A DNA stretch of 63,364 nt, counting the filler, from Diploschistes diacapsis (lineage: Eukaryota), in NCBI GenBank assembly GCA_023645945.1. It is 21 parts of 21 records of this genome, joined end to end, with 100 filler letters (N's around TTAATTAATTAA, not from the genome) between each part and the next. Parts side by side here need not be neighbours in the genome. Positions count along the whole stretch, not along the records: positions 33,830 to 35,711 come from JALAIB010002533.1; positions 35,812 to 37,692 come from JALAIB010002534.1; positions 37,793 to 39,671 come from JALAIB010002535.1; positions 39,772 to 41,650 come from JALAIB010002536.1; positions 41,751 to 43,629 come from JALAIB010002537.1; positions 43,730 to 45,607 come from JALAIB010002538.1; positions 45,708 to 47,584 come from JALAIB010002539.1; positions 47,685 to 49,561 come from JALAIB010002540.1; 13 more parts are not named here. The stretch is one strand, 5' to 3'. Numbering within the stretch: position 1 is the first letter of the stretch; every line of letters begins with the position of its first letter. Shown piece by piece: positions 35,537 to 48,828 of the stretch. The position numbers were made by a program, and so were the translations under genes. The notes beneath the pieces were generated by a model. It was not told where the DNA came from, did not search any database, and worked only from the letters and a program-made list of their open reading frames with translations.

Positions 35537-37792
35537 TGTTATGATCTTTATCTATACAAGGTATACACGAGTAGAGTCAAGGTGGGTTTGGTTTCTGTTA
35601 GAAGAGGAATATGATAAGAGAAGAAGATAAAATAATTATAGATTTTAAATTATCTTTAAAAAAAAGGTTCTTTAAAAATAAAAATAACGAATATAAATTA
35701 ATCCCGAGTAANNNNNNNNNNNNNNNNNNNNNNNNNNNNNNNNNNNNNNNNNNNNTTAATTAATTAANNNNNNNNNNNNNNNNNNNNNNNNNNNNNNNNN
35801 NNNNNNNNNNNCTCCCCCCCCCATAAAACGTCCTACACATATAATAAGCACAATTGGACACCCCAACCAACATAGCGCCAGGGGACGGACGGGGCCTGGG
35901 CTCTGCTGCATTAGAAACGATGCTAGAAAATAATCAAAGAAGCAACAGGAACAGGAACCAACGATCTGCTAATAGTGGAAATAGACGGTGAACAGAGTCG
36001 TATACAGCAACAGTCAAGGGACATGGGAATGGGGATGGGGTGCACTTATCGTCTGTTACACACTTGCTTGCCTTTGTTCCAACCGAAGCAAACAAGCCAG
36101 AGTGAACCCCGGCCCAACGCTGTCCCTGCAGTAGTGGCACCCGTTGCTACTTACTTTGTACGCAGTAATCCAGTTATACAGATGCTTTAGAACAAAAGTG
36201 CCCTCAAAAAACATAAATTCTCAGAAGAAGCCCCGTACTATCGCCCCTACGGATCAATTCATGCTCTACCCCCCCACACAACGTAGTAGTAGTATTGGAC
36301 ATCACGAAAGCAGATGGATGGTCGCAACCACCCGCAACCACCCGCCCGGGGGCTGTTGCAAGCAATCATCATCCAGCGGCCGGCCAGCCAGCCACCTGGC
36401 GCCTCTAGACCTCGGGAATGTATTGTTTATCGCAGTAAAAAAAGGAATCTAGACCGTGTGCCTGCATGACCACTGACACTGACCAATGACCAATGATCCC
36501 CTTTTCTCTCACCGCCTCCGGAACATCTTTCTCCCCGGATTTCCCAGCCCTTCCCAGCCACAAGCGATCGGCAGAAAAAGCGATCGATAATGCACGGCGC
36601 TCGGGGATCTTGGGGGTAGAAGCTTCTGAAAGAAAAAATTGGAGAGAAAGACAAATATAGATGGTCTAGAATTCCTGAGTTTTTTTAAAATGGGCACGTG
36701 GGCGGACCACAGCTTTCCACCACGTACGTATCGTTCTCCCCAGTGCTCCCCATCTGCTAGAGAAGTCTTGGGAATTGGTACCGGGTTTTCAAGGGCATTA
36801 ATCGAACAACAAAGCAAACTGACTGCATCCTCATGCCGCCGGACCACTTCGGCTCTCTTGTACTCAACAACACCGAACGAACGAACGCCTCTTTCATTAT
36901 GGGCCCCATGAAAAAAAGGAAGCGCTGCGGGGCTTATGGCGCTTTTTTGGCCAAAGCAGATGGATGAAATGGAGTCCATTTTTTCCACACCAGTGGTAGG
37001 CGCTTCATTATTTTCGCCGCTTTATCACACACTGTTCCCCGCCTTACTATGAGAAGAGCGTTAGCGTGCAGTACGCTGTATTAAGTTCTGCTCGGTTCTT
37101 TGTCTGATATTCATCTGGGACAGCTTTTTACGGCCGCATTATATTATTCAAACCAGAGAGACTGCATAGGTTCCAGCCAGAATAGCCCATGACAAGGCCT
37201 CGTCCCGTAAGATCAAGTAGTGAGATGCGTCTTTCCATCTTTAGCCTTTGGCTCTTCCACAGCAAGGAAAACTGCCTTCACTTTCTCCTTCCAAAACGGT
37301 TCGCTGCCCCAGGTAGCCTGTTTAAGGAACCCATCATCCCTCTAGCCTGTGGTCCCCATAACCGGTGTATCCCAGGAATTCTTGAGCGAGACCAGAGTTC
37401 ATTATCACGAAGTTCTGGTTAAGATTATGGTTCAAAGAAAAGGCAAGAAACCAGAATCCAGCAGGAACAGAGCGCCATGTAAGGCGATACGCCAGCCTAC
37501 AGAGCCGAATTCTTCGTTCATCAATCCTAGGTGCGTAGATGGGGTATGTATGTCAGAAGACTGAAAAATACTGCCAATACGAGAAATATCGGGAGCGGTT
37601 ATTGTGATCTATAATTTGAATAAATTATAGACTCTAAACTCAGTTATATCGACAATATAACGCTACTTAAATTTATTATATATATCTTACAGNNNNNNNN
37701 NNNNNNNNNNNNNNNNNNNNNNNNNNNNNNNNNNNNTTAATTAATTAANNNNNNNNNNNNNNNNNNNNNNNNNNNNNNNNNNNNNNNNNNNN

Positions 37793-38810
37793 TATCTATA
37801 CGTAAATTTTCGGTCTATCTTATCTCCCTGTTAATCTATATTAGAATATTTTCGTAACTTTAAAAATTTAGATTCAGGTTTAATCAAAAATTGAACCTTC
37901 GTATCTTTAATCTTTCGAATGTAACGAAGTAGTTTTTTAAGTGCATATAAATGATGGAAATGAAGGTTATTTATATATATTTAAGGGACTATTTCGTTAT
38001 ATTCGAAAGATTAAAGATATAAAAATTTAATTCTTAACTAAATTTAAATCTAAATTTTTAAAGTTACGAAAATATTCTAATATAGATTACGAAAGAGATA
38101 AAATAAACCGAAAGTTTACGTATAAATATATCTTTTAATTATATAGTGATTTAATATTATAAATAAGCAAGAAATAAAGTTTAATTTTTATCTCGATAAT
38201 TAAAGCTGAATATATTAGATTATTATATGCCGCAAAATAGGCCGTATGATGCGCACACTTCTTAAGAGATATTGAATATTCAGAATTTATAGAACCATCT
38301 CTATTTACTATTAAATTATTAGAAAACAGTATTAATTCTTTAGATCTAATAAAGCACGCGAGGATCAACGACAGGTTAAAATATATCGATATTACCTATT
38401 ATTATATACGAGATCTAGTCAAACGAGGCCGTATTAATATTATTTACATACTTACAAACAGGATAATTGCCGACGGATTAACGAAACCACTAAACTACGT
38501 CAAACACGACATATTTATTAAAGGATTTGAACTAATATAAAAAGCATCCAGCTGGACTAGGTGAATATGCCGATGGTTCCGCCCGTAGGGGAATATTGAA
38601 CAGGTAGGCAGAATGTATGGCTGGGAAGTTCAACTGAACCTCAGGTTCAGGTTCAGTTCAGCTGAACCTACTAGGGTTCCTGCTAATCCTAATCGAGAGT
38701 AGTGCAAGTCTATAGGGCTTAGTAGATCCTATTGGTATAAGAGCTTGCATATAGACTCTTCCTTCTAGTTAGAACCCTAGATATCTAGACTTCAATACAT
38801 GCGTTGCCCA
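37793..38810 (+). mobile_element. RIP-degenerate Copia RNase H end, PPT and 3' LTR (family C-related)
   Basis: RLKYIDITYYYIR and IIADGLTKPL motifs; GTAGGGGA then LTR at about 38594. Confidence 0.85.
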
Positions 38811-38819
38811 AAAAAAGAT

Positions 38820-39671
38820 TTAGAATCTTAAAAAAGAATTCTTAATTAAAAAAGAAGGATAAGGTCTATTTATATATAAATAATTTTAGGACACGTAAAC
38901 CCTTTAAGAAGCTAAATTATGTTAAAGTCGGATCTTTTTTTATCGATAAATAACTCGTCATACCGGACGAAACTAAATAAGTTAATTACCGACTCAAATT
39001 ACTAAAGGACGCGAAAGTTTATCCAATGTTTCATTCCCGATATCTCGAACCAGCACATCTAGACACACCGTTACAAGAAACCTTCTATTTTAAACCTGAT
39101 AACGAGAATGAATACGAAGTCGAAAGGATTCTGGATAATAATCCTAAAGGATTCCTTATTAAATAAAAAGGATACCTATCGAAATAGAACACGTGGAAAT
39201 CTTTAGAAAATTTAAGTAACTGTAGGAACAGGATAAGAGAATATCGCAAACTTATTAATTATTAATCAACGAATTAATCAGAGAGGTTAACCGGCTAAGT
39301 AACGGCGTTCTCATTCAACGAAGGTAACTCCCCGGGATCATTAGTAAAGAATGATAGGTTTCCGTTAAGAATCTCCGTTTTAAATATCGATATATTAATC
39401 ATAATACGGCCTAGATCTTTACTTTCCGTAATTAATGATTCCGTTAAATATTCTATTTTTGTATTAACACGGGTTTATGTTTTTTATAAAAGAAGTTTGT
39501 TCCGCTCGATACGACGAGCAAGTTTAAGAAACCGATTAATATCCTTTTATATAAACCGTTTTAATATATCTTATGTCCGCTTTAGGCGAGCCTATAACAT
39601 TTCCACGTAAGGACGATCACGGCGCGTATATTCCGAACATTTTAAAATTTTAGAACTAGATGGTATAACGA
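38820..39671 (+). mobile_element. Chromoviral Gypsy integrase 3' end with chromodomain
   Basis: VYPMFH..YLEP and EYEVERILD...FLIK*KGY...NTW motifs. Confidence 0.8.
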
Positions 39672-39771
39672 NNNNNNNNNNNNNNNNNNNNNNNNNNNNN
39701 NNNNNNNNNNNNNNNTTAATTAATTAANNNNNNNNNNNNNNNNNNNNNNNNNNNNNNNNNNNNNNNNNNNN

Positions 39772-40838
39772 AGAAAGAGCTTCTTCGGAACGATGATAAA
39801 AAAAAAATTATTAAGAAATAAAGAGATTTACGTCTCCTTCGGACGAGAAGAAGGAGGAAGAAGAAGAAAAGGAGGATGAAAAGGATGAAAATGATTTAAA
39901 TTTTAGTTTAAAGGAGATGGAATTTAGGAAGGAGGAAGAGGAAGGGAGCGGGGATAAGTAGGTAGCATGATAAAAAGAAATAAGTATTAAAAGACCCTAG
40001 GGGCCTATGATTATGATAAAAAAAATCTGTTTATTTATATGGCTGTTCGGTTGTTTACTGGCTCCTTAATAAGCTTGCTTTCTTATTTGTCTATTAGGTG
40101 CTTTCTTGCTTACGTGCTTGCTTTTTTATGTGTTAATTTGTTTATCTTGTGCTTTATTGTTTGCTTGATTTTGTGATAGATTTCCTTGCCTGCTTTTTTA
40201 TTTGCTTATCTGTAGTTGATTTCTTGTTAATAATGACGAGACGAGGGAGGGATAGAAGAGAAGAAAGGGAAGGACGAAGAAAGGGGAGGACGTGTTATTA
40301 GTTGTACTTGTCGGGCGGAGTATTTACGGATGATGTAAATACGATCGGAGATAGGGATGTCTTTGGATAAATACCGTTTTTCTGTCTAGTTATCTTTAAG
40401 AAAGTGAAATATAGGGGGATAAATTTAGAAGCACGGTTACGTCGAGGAAGGAATATTAAAGATAATAAGCTTTTAAGTATTTTAGTTGCCGGAGAAATAT
40501 AGGATTATATTAAAGTATAAAGATAAAGGGATGGAGATTTCTTGTTAATAAGATTTATATAGAATTCGTTATGGGACAGCGAATTATTAAAGGGGGGGTC
40601 GTATATAAATATAAAAGTAGGCCGTAGACTTGGTGGGGGTGGTTTTTACAGGGCGGCTCTATTTAAGGAGGCCTGTTAGGTAGCTCTAGACAATTAATGC
40701 ATCCTACACCTCATAAATGTCCTATCTAGGTATGCTGTTGACTACTAGATCACATTACATTCCCCTACTACATCACCTACGACTACCTACCTATTACAGC
40801 AAGGGAAGTCTCCCTAGACAGCGCGCCTTGTGTTTATA
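39772..40838 (-). mobile_element. Terminal part of an unclassified, probably DNA-transposon, repeat; inverted copy from about 55985
   Basis: Shared end TATAAACRCAAGGCGCGCTGTCTAGGGAGACTTCCC and about 1 kb of collinear similarity. Confidence 0.6.
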
Positions 40839-42294
40839 CTATAAATTATTACGGCGCCGATTTAGTGAAGATCACGACGATCTTAAGTAAAGTACGTTAA
40901 CCTTATAATGTTCCGAATATTTTAGAAATCTTAATAAAAAAAGCATTTTACGATAAAGAAGATTAAATAAGATATAATAATCATAAAAAAATTCTTTTAA
41001 TAATCCGTTCTTAAGAAACTTTTTTAATAATCGATATTTTTCTTTTATTTAATCACGAAAACGGGTTTTACGTTAACGACGAAAGGAAATTAAAGAAAAT
41101 ATCGTTAATCTAAGATTTACGATTTCTTTTATTTAATATTTATATTTATCCTTCGGAATTTGTCGGGCCGATAAAACTAAAGAAAAGGGATAATATTACG
41201 ATCTAAATATCGCGGCGTAATTATTTAATTAACAGATTCGCCTATTCGTTGAATAATCTTATTAAACAACGGGATTACGTTCAATAAATAATTAAACCGA
41301 TTGGAATGTTTAACGCCGATCTGGTTATATAAGAACGTCGTTATGACCTTTATAAATTTAAGGCGTGTTTATTTTTATAGATATTTCTAATCATTACTCG
41401 AGATTAATTTATATTCGTTATTTTTATCGTTGAGTATTAACTTTCGAGAACAGTCTGTAATTTTTAATAATTTTATTTCTTTTTCCTTCCTCGACTCTTC
41501 TTCTATACGAGACCAAACTTACCTTGATCAATACCTCGTGTCTACCTTGTAGAGATAGAGATCATAACATGCGCGAACTTACGAAATAGAATCTATAACT
41601 TTTAAAGAAGATATTAATAATTAATATAATGAATTATCATAAGAATTGATNNNNNNNNNNNNNNNNNNNNNNNNNNNNNNNNNNNNNNNNNNNNTTAATT
41701 AATTAANNNNNNNNNNNNNNNNNNNNNNNNNNNNNNNNNNNNNNNNNNNNATATATAGATCAATTACGGGACCGAGGGTTACGTGATACGTTTATTATTC
41801 GCGTTTATTCTCGTAAACGGCGAGTAAGCTTTCGTTACCGCTCGATAGTCACGTTTATTATTATAAACGACGAGCCTCGAGAATATCGTTCGTTGAATTT
41901 ACGATAAACGATGAGCGAACCGATTATATATAAACACGATTTTATTTTTATAAAAAAAGACGTGTTTATTTTTATAGACATCCTTAACGATTGCTCGGGA
42001 TTAATTTATATTCGTTACTTCTATTATTAAAGAGCCTTCTTTCTAGAAATAGTTTAAGATTTATAACTACTCTATCTTTTTTTTCTGTCACACTCCTCTT
42101 CTAACAGAGACCAAACCCACCTTAATCCTACTCGTGTATACCTTATATAGATAGAGATCATAACAATTTAGCGGCAGTATAGCTGAAGGTCGATGATTCA
42201 TAAAGGAATTAAATAGGTTTAATAACGAGAATAGCGATTTGACTGGATTTCGAGGGTTGATAAGATGATTGATAGGGTTTAATATAGTTTAACT

Positions 42295-42633
42295 TAGGCT
42301 GGCCGTTTCGTGCCACGGTTACTGACACGGACACCGCAGCAAAAATTTTCTCGACACGGACACTAACACGGACATTATATTGTAATAAAAGCACGGACAC
42401 GGATACCGTAATAAAAAAATTTTCGATACGAACACTGACACGGACATTACATTATAATAAAAGTACGGACACGGACACTGCAATTAAAAATTTTAAAATA
42501 TTAATATTAATACGCATACTGCATTTCCGTGAATCCACGGACACGGATACCGTAATTAAAAAATATAAAATACGGACATTAACACTGTCAGTGTCCGTGT
42601 CACTGACACGGCCGTGTCAGTGTCAGTGACGGC
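42295..42633 (+). mobile_element. hAT-like MITE with right TIR interrupted by an LTR
   Basis: Left TIR intact; right TIR stops at GACGGC, directly followed by TGTTACGATC. Confidence 0.8.
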
Positions 42634-43629
42634 TGTTACGATCCAAGGTACTGTTCGGTAGTACTTGGCACGCAACAGCTAGTCGGGCATTTCTTAGCCA
42701 TTCCTTGTATATAGTCTAATCAGGGTGACACGGGTTACGTGATGAGTAGAAGGTTTTGGAGATTATTTTATTTAGTCGTGGGTAGAAAGGGAGAACGATA
42801 GTTTTATTTATTTATTTATTTATTTTGTTAAGGGAATTGTTGGTTATATAGGAACGTCGTTATGGCCTTTATGAGTTTAGGGCGTGTTCATTTTTATAGA
42901 TATCTTGAGTTATTGTTCGGGATTAATTTATATTCGTTATTTTTATTATTTTAGAGCTTTTTTATTAGAAATAGTTTAAGATTTGTGATTGTTTTATCTT
43001 TTTTTTCTGTTATATTTCTTTTTTAATAGAGATTAAATCTATCTTGATTTTACTCGTGTATATCTTGTATAGATAAAGATTATAATATTTGAATATTTTT
43101 AAGAATGAATATTATTAATAATATAACCGGGCGATCGTTATCGATGGTTAGATCCGTACTATCTCGCGTATTTAGGGTAGTAACGTTATTAGGTGAAACC
43201 GACGTCTTTATAACGGATATTGCGGAAGTTAAAAGCGACGATTTCGGAAGTAACGATGAATCTGATGAAGATAAATCGTATAGAAAATCTATTATGAAAG
43301 TTGTAAAGTTAATAATGTTTTACGGAGACCGAAAGAAATTAAAATATTAAATACTTTAATTTTTAATATACTTCTATTAAAACGCGTATATTATAGACGA
43401 TTAAGAAAAACGAATAATTTTCGTCGTAGGATTTATACGTGACCGCGTATTAATATGGATGAAACTTTATCTCGACGTATATTTAAGAAATTAAAAAGAT
43501 AGTTACGGAATGTTTAAAAATTTCGTAAAATTTAAAAAATAGGTCCGACTGACCTTCAAAATAACCAACGATAGAAAATATACGATTCGAGTTATTAAAA
43601 TAATTAATTAAAGAAGCTCGGTTTTAGAA
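42634..43629 (+). mobile_element. LTR family B 5' LTR (42634-43087) plus degenerate gag
   Basis: TGTTACGATC...GATTATAATA termini followed by a gag-like frame (FYGDRKKLKY). Confidence 0.75.
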
Positions 43630-43729
43630 NNNNNNNNNNNNNNNNNNNNNNNNNNNNNNNNNNNNNNNNNNNNTTAATTAATTAANNNNNNNNNNNNNNN
43701 NNNNNNNNNNNNNNNNNNNNNNNNNNNNN

Positions 43730-44584
43730 TCCAAGGGGAGAGGAGGTTGTGCTCTGAGCTAAGGTACGAGGGGCCCGAGCTGAGTGTGGAGGAGCGCCCG
43801 AGATTCGAGGTGTCGGCCGAGGGCGGCGGGGGCAGGTTTTGTAGAATGGCGGATGCGGGCAGGACGGTGGCGCGCCAGAGGAAGCATTCGCCTGTGCCAT
43901 AGTAGTGGGTGGAGGGCTGTGGGGGGTCGGTGAGGTAGGCGCCGAAGGTCTATTGTTACCACCGGGCGTGTTAGTCGAGCTTGGAGAAGGCTGATGGTAG
44001 GGCGTCGGAAGAATTTGGAAAGGGGAGGAGGGGCGATTTTGGGTTTCTGTTGGTGGATAGGGGAAAGGGGAACTTACCCCTCCGGCGCTGTCTTTCACCA
44101 CTAGCACGAACCCGTGTCTGTTCCCGGAAAATCTTTCGCACTTGCTATATAGCGTTGCCAGACTAACGCCATCCTGCTCGATACTGTAGGCGAGCGTCCA
44201 GTCTGTCGCAAGCTGCAGCCTGGGCGGTAGCAGTAACCGGATCTCCTCCGCAATCGTCCGAGTGAGCAATTGATACCTTGGATTTCTGTGGCCCCTTAAT
44301 GTTAACCCGGTAAGAGGCGGCGGCGCAAAGGGCGAGGCGGTCCGATGGGGCACGGAGTAAAAGCCGTTTGAGGCAGTGGAGGACTTAGAAAGGGCATGGG
44401 TGGAGTTTGATTGCTGGCGTTTATGTTGCATGGTTGTTGAGGTAGGAGATGGGGGCCCCGGTTCAGTGAGGCGCCGGTAGAGGGCAGAGGCGACGTGCGC
44501 GACTGGGTAGGAGAGGTAGGAGGCTGTAGACACGGAGTGGGGGAGGGGTGCCTGCTCGGAAGGGCGGCGGTTGTGGGATGCCAT
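43730..44584 (-). CDS. OXR1: Oxidation resistance protein 1 (TLDc domain), 5' part, truncated by gap
   Basis: AEEIRLLLPPRLQL..DWTLAYS..QDGVSLATLY, VLVVKD, after intron FGAYLT...YYGTGECFLWR. Confidence 0.9.
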
Positions 44585-44932
44585 GTGCAGGATTGTGTCC
44601 GGAGCGCACAGAAAGAGCAGGGCAGGTAGGGTTTCATACTACTTTACTGCATGCGGCGCCTATGGAGATATATCATTTTCGGCGTCAAATTCCAACGGTT
44701 ATTGATATGACGTTGGTCCAGAGAGGTTGTGACAGCTGCAGGGGCAGAGGGGGTTGCGGCCGTTCCGTCGTGCAGCTATTTTTATCTCGCATGGAGACGC
44801 CAGAAGAAGCCGGTCCCAGCCCTTTCTTTACGTAGATACCTCATGAAAACAAGTAAAGCTTTCTGTAGGCATTGCAGGTGGCAAGTGCTCCCTTCGGGGA
44901 CATGCTAGTATGAAATATTTTGTATTTAAGTT

Positions 44933-45326
44933 TGTTGAGCAGACAGGCAGAAGGCATGGCTGGGAGTTCAACTGAGTTCCAGACGGAGTGTAACACCCGC
45001 AGTGTGCGCACCGGGGTTCAGGTCCCTCTGCTGCCACAGCTGCCCACCTACATATAGTGTAATAGGGAAACAAGTGCTTTCGGGGTTACTGAAAGTATTA
45101 TGGTTAGTCTTTTGGCTCAGTGGGATAGCGCTGCCTATTAGGCACTACCCCCGCTGTTACACGGAGGTTCAGTTCAGCTGAGCCTTCTCGAATCTGACTA
45201 GACCGATTCGGGAATAATGTTAATAATAAGGCTTAGCGGATCCCGTGAAATATAAAAATCTGCGCAGTAAGATATCTTCATAAATAAAACCTCTAGACTT
45301 CAATATATCCATTACGTTGCTCAACA
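44933..45326 (+). mobile_element. Copia family C LTR containing a nested solo LTR
   Basis: TGTTGAGCA...TGCTCAACA termini; further copies near 45444 and 60543. Confidence 0.82.
44989..45161 (+). mobile_element. Solo LTR family D, 173 bp, TSD CGGAG
   Basis: TGTAACA...TGTTACA termini; CGGAG at 44984-44988 and 45162-45166. Confidence 0.88.
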
Positions 45327-46535
45327 GATAATAACGTAATTTTATTTCGATAGGCGCTCAATTTAGGCTATAATAAATATTTAAAAGATTTAAAGATATT
45401 TATAGAATCGAAAAAATCAGCTTCGAGAGACTTATTAAGAATATGTTGAGCAGACAGGCAGAAGGCATGGCTGGGAGTCTAACTAAGTTCCAGAGGGAAG
45501 TTCAGTTCAGCTGAATTTCTTGAAATCCCAACTAAACCGGCTTAGGAATAGTATAGATAGTAAGGCTTAGCGTATTTTATAAAAATAAAAGTTTATAAAG
45601 TAAAATANNNNNNNNNNNNNNNNNNNNNNNNNNNNNNNNNNNNNNNNNNNNTTAATTAATTAANNNNNNNNNNNNNNNNNNNNNNNNNNNNNNNNNNNNN
45701 NNNNNNNCCCCCCACCCGTTGTCGCTGTTGCTCAACTAGCAAATACCAATGATTCTCGCCGTGATCATGTCCAGTGTTCAACTTTTTGATGGCGAGGAAT
45801 CTAGCAGCAGACCATCGAGCCGGAGCCTTGCATGGTGACTATAAAATGCGATGCAAGACAGGTCATAGACTTGCTCTAGACATGCGTCAAAGCGAATGTG
45901 GCATTCAGCCATTGGCCAGCTGTCCATCAATATGAACAGTCGCCTGTCTATCCTGTCTATCGGAGCAGAAGGCTGATATTCGTGAGACTTTAGAGGCGAT
46001 TAGATTATTTGAAGGAGGCAGGTCGAAGGTATCTAGTAGCTAGTGCCAAGGCCAGCATGCGGGACTAACCTGGGCCATTTCTCGTTCCCTTACCGACCCC
46101 AACCTTGGGTTTCTCTTCATGGCGTTCAACACCGACGCGTCTGTAGAGCTGCCAGCAGGTAAAAAAGGAGTCTAATGAGCCAACTGCCATGGCACCAACA
46201 ACTGATCCATCCATCCATCCCTATCAGACCCCATGGGCCTACGTGCTTTTTGGCGCCTGGGCCTACCCTTGGATAGTTCCTTAGCCCTCAATCTGCTTGC
46301 ATCAGCTCATTTTTTCTTGACGGGGGGGCTTATCATCTTCAAGATTGATGCTCCTATCATATTGGTTGGTGCGACCCCGCATCAACAGCTTCCCGTAGCA
46401 TTGTTGTACAAAGCCTAACGTAACGGACTATAAGGAAAAGGTCAAAGCGGGATACTGAACTTCGCAACCACCAATGTTTATATATACCGGGCCCAACGTG
46501 GCTGGTTCTCACAGTAAAGCTTTGGCTCTAACAAC

Positions 46536-47000
46536 ATGCCGTCTAGGAAATCGAACTTCAAGCGACCATGGTCAATGTACCCTGCATTACATGACGATGT
46601 ATCACGCCTGCTAGAAGAAGAAGACTTACATTTCGACTTCTGTAACGACGACAACTCTCATGCTTGTACTGAAGAGTATGATACCAATATCATGGGACGG
46701 TTCCCATGTCACAATCCCGCTTGTGCTTCTGGTGGATGGTCGAGCAAACGGATCGCCATCACTATACGGATGTATCCCGGAGCGAGATACAATGCGAGGG
46801 TGTATTATCAACGATGTAAACAGTGCAATGGACTTAGCAAGCCACGCTTAGATGATTCATATGCAGACAGAGTGGCTTACCGTCTGAAGAAATGGTGTGG
46901 AATACATTTGGAAAGGCGGGTCTTTTCAGGTCAGAGTAAACAGCCTCACCAAAATGAATTATGTGAGGGATGCAAAGATGGTCACTGCTCTCAACAATGA
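46536..47000 (+). CDS. 3CxxC zinc-binding domain protein, 154 aa
   Basis: MGRF.C...C...WSS, VY.QRCK.CN, PH...LCEGCK.GHC pattern. Confidence 0.85.
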   Translation: MPSRKSNFKRPWSMYPALHDDVSRLLEEEDLHFDFCNDDNSHACTEEYDTNIMGRFPCHNPACASGGWSSKRIAITIRMYPGARYNARVYYQRCKQCNGLSKPRLDDSYADRVAYRLKKWCGIHLERRVFSGQSKQPHQNELCEGCKDGHCSQQ

Positions 47001-48084
47001 GGTAAGTAGACTATTCGTTTCCAAAAGCGGATCCGGTATCTGACGGCTATTCCAAGTATCTACTTATCGATTGATCAGTGTGTGACACCTCTGGAATTGG
47101 AGTGTATAGAGACGCGATACATGTTCCTTCGTGAGCTAAGAATCTCCATCTGAGCGCAGAAGTATCAATTTGCTTTGCTTCAAGTTGAATCGGGAGTTCT
47201 TTGTTCGACGTTTCGGTCGACAAAGTATGAAAGCAATTTGTGCTGTGATTGCAGCTTCTAAAGGAAATACGAGTATCAGCTACATTGAATCGTGTATGCA
47301 GCGCTTAACTGTTACCAAGGCCATGAGAGGGGGTTATTCCGTATGTCTCTCACATAATCATTTCTGAGCTTCAAGCCACGTATTCTGATCGAATTATGTA
47401 TATTCCCATCCCAATCCCAGTAATTAATACTCCTCGCTTCGCAAAGCACGATACGCGAGATTTGCCATTCTACTCCGTCGTCCACACCCTACCCGTATCT
47501 CAAATAGCACTAACCATCACTTCCCCCTCCTTTATCGCAAATTCTTTTCCCCTCTTTGTCTCTAAACAACCCCCTTTTCCCCCCNNNNNNNNNNNNNNNN
47601 NNNNNNNNNNNNNNNNNNNNNNNNNNNNTTAATTAATTAANNNNNNNNNNNNNNNNNNNNNNNNNNNNNNNNNNNNNNNNNNNNTTATTTATACTTTCCT
47701 TTTATCTAGATAGTTTTTTCCTTACCTTTTCGAATCTGAACCATTAAGCCTACAGATGCTCAGTTACACGTAATCCTTCCGGATCAGGCTCAGCCCCCGG
47801 TAGTGTAGCACCAATTCCTGTAGGGGCGTTCTAATAATAATTATATTACCGCCAATATTATTCGTTTTTAATATCTAATCGAATTAATATAATAATATCA
47901 TTAACGTATAACTTAATTCTTATCTTCTTTAATCATTCGATGTCGCAATATTTTCGCCGTTAAAAAGCGCGTTAACGCAAGAAACGGATTATGATACTCG
48001 ATTAAATAAATTGCGTATAGCACGCTCGGAATAAATCGAATTATTTTTAATAACTCGAAATCGAGTTATTACGAATCGAAACGT

Positions 48085-48299
48085 TTAAATAAATTTTATA
48101 AATATTATATTATAATAAAAACACGAATACGGATACCGTAACAAAAATTTTCTCGACACGAACATTAACATGGATACTATATTATAATCAAAACACGAAC
48201 ACGGATACCGCAGCTAAAAAATCTAAAACACTAATACTGACACTGCCGGTGTCCGTGACAAGGACACCGGCAGTGTCAGTATCAGTGACGGCTAGCCTA
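48085..48299 (+). mobile_element. hAT-like MITE, right part
   Basis: Ends ACGGCTAGCCTA; left boundary approximate. Confidence 0.7.
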
Positions 48300-48828
48300 A
48301 CAGTAATCGTGATAGTAGATATCGCTTTCGAAAGGCGGCGAAATGAAGGTTTGTTTATCGATAAAATAAAGGTTCGAAAGGTTTAAAAACTTGTGTGGAA
48401 CTTCAAGCTCTTTTATCGTAATTAATTAAATTAAATAGTGGCTTCTGATTCGTCGATTTGCTTGTCGTAGGTTCTTTATAAAAGCTTCTCGTCGCTCTAG
48501 GTGGGTGTGTCGTAGATTTACTACTATTGATTTATTCGTTTAGATAGTGTTTCATCGCGATAGATAAGATTAGATCTAATACATCAACTATGGTCATAAT
48601 TAAATACTAATTATATCGAGGGTTCTGATTAATCGATCTTTTGTTTATCGTAGGAGGTTTTTCGTCGTTTTTAAATGTATATCGCAGATCTTATCTTCAA
48701 AAAACGCGCCAGCCCGCGTAGGCAGTATTAAATAAAATTAGGTCTAGATTCTTTTCGTAAATAGATAGGTAGGTTGAATACTTTAGGTTTTAAGCCGAGC
48801 AGATAGGCCTGAAAGACCTTTTCGAATG

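Noticed and set aside
35812..37692. Short ORFs in a non-repetitive contig
   Set aside because: No recognisable domain; appears intergenic or promoter-like.
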